Source: Candidatus Omnitrophota bacterium
GTDB lineage: Bacteria > Omnitrophota > Gorgyraeia > Gorgyraeales > Gorgyraeaceae
Reading direction: 5' to 3'
DNA length: 30,815 nt
Assembly (NCBI GenBank): GCA_018817035.1
Contig: JAHIUV010000066.1
Location: 1-30,815 of the forward strand
Below the pieces are notes generated by a model that saw nothing but the letters and a program-made list of their open reading frames with translations, did not search any database and had not been told where the DNA came from. Shown in pieces: positions 1 to 8,217 of this stretch (its first letter is position 1; every line of letters starts with the position of its first letter). A program made the position numbers and the translations under genes.

Positions 1-19
1 TAAGATAGTAAAAGAAGTC

Positions 20-1648
20 ATGGAGAACATAGGCTTGTTGGACGAGGCAAAGATAAAAAAAGCCCTCGCTGAACAGTCGAAATCCGGCGGACGTTTTTCA
101 AGGATACTCGTTGACCTCGGATATGTATCGAATCAGGAAGTCGGCAAAACCCTTATTCCCCAGATAGGCATGTTACCTTTAGCGATAAAGCTTCAGGATA
201 TAGAGGATAATGCCAGGAAAGCCCTGCCGTCTAATATCGCGCTCCTTCATAGGCTCTGTCCCGTAAAATACGAATCCGATACCCTTGTTTTAGCGACAGA
301 TGATCCGCTTAACTTCCTTGCCGCCGAAAACCTGGAAAAAATACTCAGCACCCCCTTAAAATTAGAATTGATCTATTCCGCTGGCCTGGACGCCTTACTT
401 AAAAGTATATACGCCGCTGAAAAAAAGTCAGATGTTGACCTGGAAAAAATGTCAAAGGATATAAAGAATATAAAGGGCGGGGAGGACGCGCCTATAATAA
501 AATTGGTAAATGCCGTGATCGCCGAGGCAATGAAACGCCGCGCGAGCGATATTCACGTGGAGCCCCTTGAGAGTAAGTTCCGCATACGCTACAGGATAGA
601 CGGCGTCCTGCATGAGGTACCCGGCCCGCCCAAGAGACTGGAAGGTTCAGTGATAAGCAGGATAAAGATAATGTCAGGAATGGACATAGCTGAAAAACGC
701 CTGCCCCAGGACGGCAGGATAAAAATAGATATCGATAAAAAAAATATAGACCTCCGCGTATCCAGCCTTCCCGGAATACACGGCGAGAGCATCGTCATGA
801 GGATCCTTGACAAGACCAGTTTTCTCGTAGGCTTGGAAAATCTAGGCTTTTTGCCTGACCAGAGAAAACCTTTTGAGAAAATAATCAATCTTCCTAACGG
901 CATGGTGCTGGTTACCGGCCCTACGGGAAGCGGCAAGACGACTACGCTGTACGCGACGCTGAGCCATGTAAACCAAAAAGACCGCAAAGTCATTACCATA
1001 GAAGACCCCGTGGAATATCAGCTCGACGGTATTAACCAGGTCCAGGTAAAGCCGCAGATAGGGCTTACTTTCGCGGGAGGCCTCAGGTCAATGCTCAGGC
1101 AGGCGCCTGATATAATAATGGTAGGCGAAATACGAGACCTGGAAACCGCGGAAATATCTATCCAGTCCGCGCTCACAGGGCATTTGATCTTTAGTACACT
1201 GCATACCAATGACGCTTCAAGCGCTGTTACCAGATTAGTCGACATGGGTATCAAAACCTATCTGGTTTCCTCCACTGTCCAGGGTGTACTTGCCCAGAGG
1301 CTGGTAAGAACGATATGTCCTGCCTGCAGGGAAGCGTATAAGCCTTCAAAAGAAGAAGCGGAGTTCTTGATGCTTAAGCCTGAGGAAGAAAAGCAAATCG
1401 AGCTTTACAGGGGCAAGGGCTGTTCCGCATGCAGCGATACGGGGTTCAAGGGCAGGATGGGCATATTCGAGCTTCTGGTAATCGATGATGAGATACGCGA
1501 GTTGATATTAAATAACGCGTCAAGCTCTGAAATAAGCCTAAAGGCAAAATCATCAGGCATGAGGTCACTAAAAGAAGATGGTATTGAAAAAGTAAAAAGA
1601 GGTTATACAAGCATAGGAGAAGTATTAAGGGTAACCCAAGACACTTAA
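20..1648 (+). CDS. GspE/PilB-family secretion/pilus assembly ATPase; the frame is open to the left edge, so the true start may lie upstream
   Basis: Walker A GPTGSGKT, TIEDPVEY Asp box, Walker B region LRQAPDIIMVGEIRD, His box STLHTND, and CPAC...CSAC zinc motif. Codons from position 2 (aag ata gta aaa gaa gtc atg) contain no stop. Confidence 0.93.
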   Translation: MENIGLLDEAKIKKALAEQSKSGGRFSRILVDLGYVSNQEVGKTLIPQIGMLPLAIKLQDIEDNARKALPSNIALLHRLCPVKYESDTLVLATDDPLNFLAAENLEKILSTPLKLELIYSAGLDALLKSIYAAEKKSDVDLEKMSKDIKNIKGGEDAPIIKLVNAVIAEAMKRRASDIHVEPLESKFRIRYRIDGVLHEVPGPPKRLEGSVISRIKIMSGMDIAEKRLPQDGRIKIDIDKKNIDLRVSSLPGIHGESIVMRILDKTSFLVGLENLGFLPDQRKPFEKIINLPNGMVLVTGPTGSGKTTTLYATLSHVNQKDRKVITIEDPVEYQLDGINQVQVKPQIGLTFAGGLRSMLRQAPDIIMVGEIRDLETAEISIQSALTGHLIFSTLHTNDASSAVTRLVDMGIKTYLVSSTVQGVLAQRLVRTICPACREAYKPSKEEAEFLMLKPEEEKQIELYRGKGCSACSDTGFKGRMGIFELLVIDDEIRELILNNASSSEISLKAKSSGMRSLKEDGIEKVKRGYTSIGEVLRVTQDT

Positions 1649-1659
1649 CTTTACATTGC

Positions 1660-1684
1660 TTGTTCGAGGCTTAGCCTCGAACAA
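1660..1684. repeat. Perfect 11-bp palindrome (REP-like or terminator-like hairpin)
   Basis: TTGTTCGAGGC-tta-GCCTCGAACAA between the two ATPase genes. It shares TTGTTCGAG with the REP copies at 5297 and 16312. Confidence 0.7.
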
Positions 1685-1707
1685 ATGCTACGCAACGGCG
1701 GGAAATC

Positions 1708-3417
1708 ATGGCTGCTAATTCGCAATATGCTATATTATTAAATAAACTTGTCGATAGTAATCTTTTGACTCAGCAGATCATAGACGAGGCCTTTGAAGAG
1801 GAAAAAAAGACAGGTAAAAATATCCTGAAGGTACTCGTGGACCATGGCTATGTAAAAGAAGAGGATTTATTGGACGCCGTAGCGAATTTCCTGAGCATGG
1901 AAGTAGCTGATCTTTCCAAGCTAAGCGTGGAGAGGGACGCTATAAATAAGATATCCGCGTCCACCGCGAAGTTTTATAACATAGTCCCTGTCCGTATCCA
2001 GGGCGACGCGGTAGTGGTCGCGGTCGCTGACCCGCTGAACATGAAACTCCTTGATGACTTGCGCTTTGTCACGGGATTTAATATAAAAATAGTAATAGCC
2101 AAAAGTGTTGATATTAAAAAAGCGATAGACCGTTATTACGGCGAAGAAGAAGAATCCCTCGGGGACGTGATTGACGAGGCCGAAAAAATATCCGGTAAGG
2201 CCATTATTAAAGGACAAGGCGATGTAGATAAATTAAAGGAAATAGCGTCGCAGGCACCTGTTGTAAAATTATTAAACATGGTACTTTTGCGCGCGATAAG
2301 GGAAAAAGCATCCGACATACACTTTGAGCCTTTTGAAAAAGATTACAAGATACGATACAGGATAGACGGTATTTGCTATGACGCCGCGCATCCGCCTAAA
2401 GACCTTAGCCTGGCGGTAAGCTCCAGGATAAAGGTCATGGCTAATCTTGACGTCGCCGAGAACCGCTTGCCGCAGGACGGCAGGATTATGATAGACATAA
2501 GCGGTAACAGCGTTGACCTTCGCGTCTCGACTTTACCGACGCTGTATGGGGAGAGCATAGTAATGAGGGTTTTAGATAAGAACGTGGTAAGCCTTTCCCT
2601 TGACCAGTTGGGCATGGACGATGATATTAAATCTAAGTTAAGGGCATTGATAAAAAGGCCGAACGGCATTTTATTGACGACCGGCCCCACGGGAAGCGGT
2701 AAGACTACCACTCTTTATTCATGCCTGCGAGAGATAAATAAAGTGGAGTATAAGATAATCACTGTAGAGGACCCCGTCGAATATGACATAGACGGCATAA
2801 TCCAGGTCGCTATAAACACTAAGATCGACCTCACTTTCGCCAGGACGCTCCGTCATATGCTGCGACAGGATCCCGATGTCCTGATGGTGGGAGAGATCCG
2901 TGACTCTGAAACAGCCGAGATAGCGATCCAGTCAGCGCTGACAGGCCATCTTGTCTTCAGCACTTTGCATACCAATGATGCCCCCGGAGCCGTCACGAGG
3001 CTTACGGATATGGGCGTGGAACCGTTCCTGATCACTTCTACAGTAAGAGCTGTCATAGCCCAAAGGCTCATAAGAAAGATATGCCAGAAATGTAAAAAAG
3101 CATACGAGCCGCAGAAGCACGAATTAGCGGAATTAGGCATTTCCGGGGAAAAAGCAAAAGGCGTAAAATTCTATAAAGGAGAAGGCTGCTCAGAATGCAA
3201 TAGCTCAGGCTATAAAGGCCGCTGCGGAATATACGAACTGCTTGTATTGGATGATAAAATAAGGGAATTAGTGGTACAGCGTAAAAGCGTAGCCGCCATA
3301 AGGAACGCGGCGCGCGCAACAGGCATGAAAACACTGCGCGAGGACGGTACAGAAAAGATATTCTCCGGCATTACCACCGCCGAAGAAGTCCTGCGCGAGA
3401 CAAAAGAATACTCATAA
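1708..3417 (+). CDS. Second GspE/PilB-family ATPase with full N-terminal domain
   Basis: GPTGSGKT, TVEDPVEY, LRQDPDVLMVGEIRD, STLHTND, and CQKC...CSEC motifs. Confidence 0.95.
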   Translation: MAANSQYAILLNKLVDSNLLTQQIIDEAFEEEKKTGKNILKVLVDHGYVKEEDLLDAVANFLSMEVADLSKLSVERDAINKISASTAKFYNIVPVRIQGDAVVVAVADPLNMKLLDDLRFVTGFNIKIVIAKSVDIKKAIDRYYGEEEESLGDVIDEAEKISGKAIIKGQGDVDKLKEIASQAPVVKLLNMVLLRAIREKASDIHFEPFEKDYKIRYRIDGICYDAAHPPKDLSLAVSSRIKVMANLDVAENRLPQDGRIMIDISGNSVDLRVSTLPTLYGESIVMRVLDKNVVSLSLDQLGMDDDIKSKLRALIKRPNGILLTTGPTGSGKTTTLYSCLREINKVEYKIITVEDPVEYDIDGIIQVAINTKIDLTFARTLRHMLRQDPDVLMVGEIRDSETAEIAIQSALTGHLVFSTLHTNDAPGAVTRLTDMGVEPFLITSTVRAVIAQRLIRKICQKCKKAYEPQKHELAELGISGEKAKGVKFYKGEGCSECNSSGYKGRCGIYELLVLDDKIRELVVQRKSVAAIRNAARATGMKTLREDGTEKIFSGITTAEEVLRETKEYS

Positions 3418-3428
3418 TAGGAGGCAAT

Positions 3429-3863
3429 ATGAAAAAAAGAGGTTTTACCCTCATAGAACTTTTGGTCGTCATAGCCATTATTACTATTTTGGGCGGTATG
3501 GTTATGGGCGGTGCCCAGCAGGCGCGTAAGAGAGGGGCTATTACCAAGGTAAAAGCGCAGATCGCCACTATCGAAACTGCCATAAGCATGTACGAGACAG
3601 ATATCGGCGATTATCCGGGCACTGATAATAAGTCACTTGTCCTGGCGCTAAAAGAAGATATCGGCGACCCTGACTGGAGTGGCCCATACATGAAGATAAA
3701 AGAGAACGAACTTGATGATAACGGCGAATACATGGATGCCTGGGGCAGCCCTTTTGTATATGTAAATCCGGGTACCCATAACGACTATTCCTATGACCTT
3801 TATTCCCTTGGACCTGACGGGCAGGGAGACGGAAGCGGAAAAGATGATATTACGAACTGGTAA
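3429..3863 (+). CDS. gspG: GspG-like major pseudopilin / type IV pilin
   Basis: Prepilin cleavage site G|FTLIELLVV with Glu at +5, GspG-type C-terminal motifs (W.GPY, DAWGSPF.Y, YDLYSLGPDG), and SD GGAGG at about 3420. Confidence 0.85.
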   Translation: MKKRGFTLIELLVVIAIITILGGMVMGGAQQARKRGAITKVKAQIATIETAISMYETDIGDYPGTDNKSLVLALKEDIGDPDWSGPYMKIKENELDDNGEYMDAWGSPFVYVNPGTHNDYSYDLYSLGPDGQGDGSGKDDITNW

Positions 3864-4320
3864 GCGTTCAGCTTTTACCTTGGTTGAAATGCTCGTGGTG
3901 CTCGCAATCATGGCGATGCTTATGGGCGTTTCACTTCCTTTTACGTCCGGATTTGGTAAAGGGCTTAAGATAAAAACCACTGCCAGGGCAATACTGGGTA
4001 CCTTGCGCCTCGCGCGAAGTAACGCCATTACACACAGGGGGGAATACTCGGTTATATTTGACGCCTCCTCCGGAGAATATTGGATCGAGGATCCCGAAGG
4101 CGGGATACTTGAGAAAAAATACAGGATCACGAGCGCCATAAAATTCAAGATTCCCGACGACGAAAATGCGGACCCTATTACTTTCGAGGGAGATAAGGTA
4201 GTTTTTTATCCGACCGGCGGCGCCAAAGGTAGTACCGGCTCTATTACTATCTCGGATAAGAGAGGGCAGTCAAGGGTAATTTCGATTATCACCGGCACAG
4301 GCAAGATAACGATAGAGTAA
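3844..4320 (+). CDS. GspH/FimT-like minor pseudopilin
   Basis: SA|FTLVEMLVV N-methylation motif and C-terminal F.P.G...G.I pattern. Start moved from the ORF-track 3793 to ATG 3844 (MILRTGKRSAF), which gives a short basic leader. Confidence 0.8.
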   Translation: MILRTGKRSAFTLVEMLVVLAIMAMLMGVSLPFTSGFGKGLKIKTTARAILGTLRLARSNAITHRGEYSVIFDASSGEYWIEDPEGGILEKKYRITSAIKFKIPDDENADPITFEGDKVVFYPTGGAKGSTGSITISDKRGQSRVISIITGTGKITIE

Positions 4321-4423
4321 CGTTAAATGAAACAGAAAATTACGCGCAGGCAAAAAGACATATCCAGATTATTGCGTGATAAAAAAGCCGCGCGCGGAGA
4401 TGTGTTAAAAAATAAAAATAGCA

Positions 4424-5257
4424 ATGATAAGCGTAATAATCCCTACCTTTAACCGCGAGAGCCTCCTTAAGAAAACCATAGATTCAATACTATCCCAAAC
4501 ATATCAGGGTTTTGAATTAATTATAGTTGACGACGGCTCGACCGACGATACCCCGCGCCTGATCTCAGGAATAGGCCGTAAAATCATCTATATAAAACAG
4601 GAAAATAAAGGCCCTGCGTCAGCCAGGAACCTCGGCATTAAAAACTCTTCAAAACCTTTCATAGCGTTCCTGGATTCTGATGATAGTTGGGAAAAGGATA
4701 AACTGGAAATACAGTTAAAGGCAATGCGAGAAAACCCTGATTTTCAGATCTCCCATACCAATGAAACCTGGCATAAAAATGGACGCTTACTTAACCAGAA
4801 GAAAAAACATAAAAAATGCGGCGGCTATATCTTTGACAAATGCCTTTCCCTGTGCGCGGTAAGCATGTCGACAGTGATGATAAAAAAAGAGATATTTGAT
4901 ACAGTGGGTATGTTTGATGAAAGCTTGTCATGTTGCGAAGACTATGATTTCTGGTTGCGCGCCAGCGTAAAGCACAAATTCCTCCTAATAGAAAAACCCC
5001 TGACCCTAAAAGACGGAGGCAGGCCTGACCAGGTATCCTCTATCCATCGGACCGGCATCGATAAATTTAGGATAAAATCAATCCTAAAACTCTTGGAAAT
5101 AGCCACCCTCACTCCTAAACAACAAGAATCAGCCAAAAAAGAACTACAAAAAAAGTGCCAGATTTACGGCAAAGGCTGCCTAAAACACGGCCGCGCAGAA
5201 GAGGGCAGGCACTACCTAACCATGTCCAAACCCGCATTGGGATATGACCTGTTATAA
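4424..5257 (+). CDS. Glycosyltransferase family 2 (GT-A fold)
   Basis: SVIIPTFNR, IIVDDGSTD, ARNLGI, FLDSDD and EDYDFW motifs. Confidence 0.92.
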   Translation: MISVIIPTFNRESLLKKTIDSILSQTYQGFELIIVDDGSTDDTPRLISGIGRKIIYIKQENKGPASARNLGIKNSSKPFIAFLDSDDSWEKDKLEIQLKAMRENPDFQISHTNETWHKNGRLLNQKKKHKKCGGYIFDKCLSLCAVSMSTVMIKKEIFDTVGMFDESLSCCEDYDFWLRASVKHKFLLIEKPLTLKDGGRPDQVSSIHRTGIDKFRIKSILKLLEIATLTPKQQESAKKELQKKCQIYGKGCLKHGRAEEGRHYLTMSKPALGYDLL

Positions 5258-5262
5258 AAAAT

Positions 5263-5494
5263 GTAATCGATGAGTTATTGAGAGAGCGCGTCAAAATTGT
5301 TCGAGCGAGCCGACAAATATTCTTCTCGACTAGGCTCGAAGGATATTTGTCGGCGAGTCGAGAACCGTAAAGAGAGATCTTACGTTACCTCCCCCATAGA
5401 TCACCTGTTACTAAAAATGTAATGGGTGAGTTAACAGAGGCGCGGTAGCGACATGTCATTGCGAGAAGGAGCAAAGCGACGACGAAGCAATCTC
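5263..5494. repeat. Composite REP/MITE-like palindrome cluster
   Basis: Nested hairpin GCCGACAAATATTCTT (5309-5324) / AAGGATATTTGTCGGC (5339-5354) inside TTCGAGCG...AGTCGAGAA. Also a GTCATTGCGA...GAAGCAATCTC element (5455-5494) and GTAAT..GTGAGTTA-like ends at 5263, 5419 and inverted 5392-5411. Confidence 0.8.
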
Positions 5495-5524
5495 TTTTTT
5501 GAGATCTAAAAATATTATTTTCTC

Positions 5525-5553
5525 TTGACATAAAACATCTCGTAAAGCATACT
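5525..5553 (+). promoter_or_regulatory. Putative sigma70-type promoter of the 745-aa gene
   Basis: TTGACA (5525-5530), 17-nt spacer, CATACT (5548-5553). Confidence 0.55.
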
Positions 5554-5601
5554 ATTAGATATATTTATTAAGTTTTTACAAAGAATTCTATTCAAAAACC
5601 T

Positions 5602-7839
5602 ATGAACGCACCTAAGATAATAAAGTTTACGGCGCTATGCATGATTTTATTGCTATTAACTGGCGCTCAGGGGTATTCAAGTGAATATTCTTCGGAAATA
5701 TCAGACATGCCCCGGAATCTGAGGATTCCCGTTAATTCTTCTTCTGATGAATTCGAGAACAGATTTTCACTGGTATCTAATCAGAATATAACCACAAAAA
5801 CACGCAGGGAATTCCTGGAAGAAATCACTGCCGCGGCTATTTTTCTTCCTTTATCCCCTCAGTTAATAATGCCCGGAATATCACCTGCCCAGCAAACAAA
5901 ACCAAGCATAGTGCCGCTTATAAGCAAATGGCTTGCGCAAAACGTAGCGCCTAACACAAAAGTCCCTTTAAGTTTTAAAGTCCCTGATTATTTAGCCGCT
6001 GAAACCTGGAAACAGACCCTGAGTGAACCCGAAGGAGGAGTCCACGAGAGGATGGTCTTGTCAGAAGGCCTTGTTATTTATGACGGTGGTGCGGCGCAGA
6101 TATTCCAGGCTTTGACAGGTGATATCCAGCCCGCTAAAGTCTTGGCTCGCGTCCTGTGGGAAGCGCGCCTGGGCCAGCTTGCCAGCTTGGATGCCACGGG
6201 AGGAAGTTTTGTTTATTCGGACCAGGATAATATCTCTTATAAGGAAGGGGAAAGAGGCTTTAGATTTAAAATAATAAATTCATACGGACATTGGCAATTA
6301 AAAGATATTTATACCGGAAAAATAACTACATGGAGCCAGTGGCAGCCTGTAGCCGGAGAAAATGCCTGGGCAGGGGTTTTAGGGCCCCTCGAAATTTACC
6401 TAAAAGAACACGGTAATGTTTATAAACCTGCTGTATTGGAAATGCGGCTCGCCGAAGAGGTTGCCAGGGCAGCTATAACATTACAGGCAGATAACGGCGG
6501 CATACGAATGGCGCCGAAAGGCACATGGTCGCCTCAGGAGCCGGGCACTAATCCCATGGGATACGAATGGCTGTTCAATGAGATCTCTACGGAGAATAAT
6601 CTATCCTGGCATGCCGCGTTCAATAAACTCTATCAGCTCACCGGAAAAAGTGTATATAAAAATGCCCTGAACGGCGTGGAAAATTACCTGAAGAAAAGTT
6701 TTGACGCGCAGAAAGGCGTATTTAACCAGGGTATGCACTATGATAAAGCAAGAAAAACATGGGCCTCTAACTCCACATTCGCGACAGATTGCCAGACATG
6801 GGCAATAGATGTGCTGGGAGCCGAAACAATAGACAAATGGTTTGGCGCTAACTCAGCTTACAGGTTATGGGCAAAAACTAAAGGATTAGCCGGTATTTAT
6901 AGTGGAAATAATTTAACAGCCCTTGATTTTACATCAAGAAAACAAGTGAAGAGCATTGAATGGACAGCCGGCGGTATTATGGCGGCGGCAATATTGTCAG
7001 ACTATTACGAAAAAAGCAACGCGAAGATATCTATAGAGTGCGGGAATGACGCGATATCCATGTATACCCATATGCAGAGCCTGGCAGTTAAATCAGGAGA
7101 CACCCTGGCATGGCCTTATTCTGACAAAAGGGCTCCTACGGGCCACGGCTGGACAGCGGCAGGCAAGATTTTAAGCACTGCTTCAACGTCGTGGATGGGG
7201 TTTATAGAAATAGCAGCCAATCCTTTTGTCCTGGGAGGCAGGCAGATCCCTGGGCTGGTAAAAGTGGTAAAAGCATCCGGCAGGAATATTTCAAACAAAA
7301 GCACCCAGATTTTACCCCAGCAGGAAATAAAAGAAAACAAAGTCAATTCTACAGGAAAAGACATCTGGCAGTTAGGTACCCCGGGGCAATATTCAGATTA
7401 TACATGGAAATCTAAAGCTGTTTGGAGTGATTTTAATCCACCGGTACAATTAATAGGCGGACAACCGCTTTTAATAGAGTATGAGATACGAGGTTCTGAT
7501 GTTATGGGTATTCAGTTAATACCTGTGGGCCAGTCTGAATCATCAATAGGCGACATGATCGTAGTTAGGGGCGTTGGAAATAAAAAATCCATTACTATTA
7601 CAGTCCCATCTACGCGAAGAGTACACAGGATCGCTTTTCAGATCGGGGAAAACGCATGGGGCAGATTAGGGGGCTCTATGAATGCAGTGCTTATCATAGA
7701 TTCCATAAAGCCTATCGCGCCTGGAAGCGGAACAAGCATGGCATTACCCGCGGATGACTTTAAAAATAATAAAATAGAACGAAGTTCTTTCTTGTCAAAC
7801 ATGTTTAAAGCCGCACTTTACCTGGGAATCTCTATTTAA
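5602..7839 (+). CDS. Secreted hypothetical protein; probable six-hairpin (alpha/alpha)6 glycosidase-like domain plus C-terminal beta-rich domain
   Basis: Hydrophobic N-terminal signal (MNAPKIIKFTALCMILLLLTGAQG). Trp/Glu-rich motifs STENNLS, DCQTWA, IEWTAG, WPYS, TGHGW and STASTSW recall uncharacterised six-hairpin glycosidase-like proteins; the fold call is from memory, not a search. Confidence 0.6.
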   Translation: MNAPKIIKFTALCMILLLLTGAQGYSSEYSSEISDMPRNLRIPVNSSSDEFENRFSLVSNQNITTKTRREFLEEITAAAIFLPLSPQLIMPGISPAQQTKPSIVPLISKWLAQNVAPNTKVPLSFKVPDYLAAETWKQTLSEPEGGVHERMVLSEGLVIYDGGAAQIFQALTGDIQPAKVLARVLWEARLGQLASLDATGGSFVYSDQDNISYKEGERGFRFKIINSYGHWQLKDIYTGKITTWSQWQPVAGENAWAGVLGPLEIYLKEHGNVYKPAVLEMRLAEEVARAAITLQADNGGIRMAPKGTWSPQEPGTNPMGYEWLFNEISTENNLSWHAAFNKLYQLTGKSVYKNALNGVENYLKKSFDAQKGVFNQGMHYDKARKTWASNSTFATDCQTWAIDVLGAETIDKWFGANSAYRLWAKTKGLAGIYSGNNLTALDFTSRKQVKSIEWTAGGIMAAAILSDYYEKSNAKISIECGNDAISMYTHMQSLAVKSGDTLAWPYSDKRAPTGHGWTAAGKILSTASTSWMGFIEIAANPFVLGGRQIPGLVKVVKASGRNISNKSTQILPQQEIKENKVNSTGKDIWQLGTPGQYSDYTWKSKAVWSDFNPPVQLIGGQPLLIEYEIRGSDVMGIQLIPVGQSESSIGDMIVVRGVGNKKSITITVPSTRRVHRIAFQIGENAWGRLGGSMNAVLIIDSIKPIAPGSGTSMALPADDFKNNKIERSSFLSNMFKAALYLGISI

Positions 7840-7882
7840 CACTCTTGCCCGAACTCGTATTGGGTAAGGGTGTTGTTGTTTC
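7838..7882 (+). terminator. Probable intrinsic terminator after the 745-aa gene
   Basis: AACACTCTTGCCC-gaactcgtatt-GGGTAAGGGTGTT stem with G-U pairs, followed by GTTGTTTCT. Confidence 0.55.
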
Positions 7883-7884
7883 TA

Positions 7885-8160
7885 GTCATAATTTCCTGCC
7901 CGTCAGGTTGTTGATTGATATTCCAATCCACTAGTATACCAAAATCCAAGAAGCATTTTATTTTAATGGAACCTCGGCGAGATCATCTGGGATCCTGACT
8001 AGGCCTCAATCGACGTGCGCTCCAAGCTAATGGTACAGACTTGCTCGGGTGTCCATGGGTTGAGCATGTGATTCCTGCTGAGGTTTGTGCCTAATCCCTT
8101 AAAGAGGGATATAGGATGTTTCTTCCCATTCCCGTTACGAAAACGAGTTTAATCTTGACT
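7885..8160 (+). repeat. Composite cassette-boundary repeat, copy R1 (segments B-C-D-E)
   Basis: 7885-8038 differs from 9443-9596 at only 4 of 154 positions (manual alignment). 8039-8160 is a more diverged match to about 9597-9724. Confidence 0.95.
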
Positions 8161-8182
8161 TTTTAAAATAATCTTATATAAT
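8155..8182 (+). promoter_or_regulatory. Putative promoter of the Fic gene
   Basis: TTGACT (8155-8160), 16-nt spacer, TATAAT (8177-8182), within the tandem ATAATCTTATATAATCTTATATA. Confidence 0.6.
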
Positions 8183-8217
8183 CTTATATAGTTAAAATAT
8201 AACATTCGAGGGATGCT

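Noticed and set aside
4327-4452. 41-aa basic ORF (MKQKITRRQK...) between the pilin and GT2 genes
   Set aside because: It has no SD, overlaps the GT2 start out of frame and has no recognisable motif. It cannot be supported, though it is not excluded.
7885-7919. Xer/dif (pdif) site
   Set aside because: Only TTATG on the minus strand resembles a XerD arm. There is no XerC-like arm across a 6-bp spacer, and the copies do not alternate in orientation.
7967-8038. DGR template repeat for the variable region of the 14739 gene
   Set aside because: No reverse transcriptase is present, and the mismatches are mostly synonymous and involve all bases rather than only adenines.
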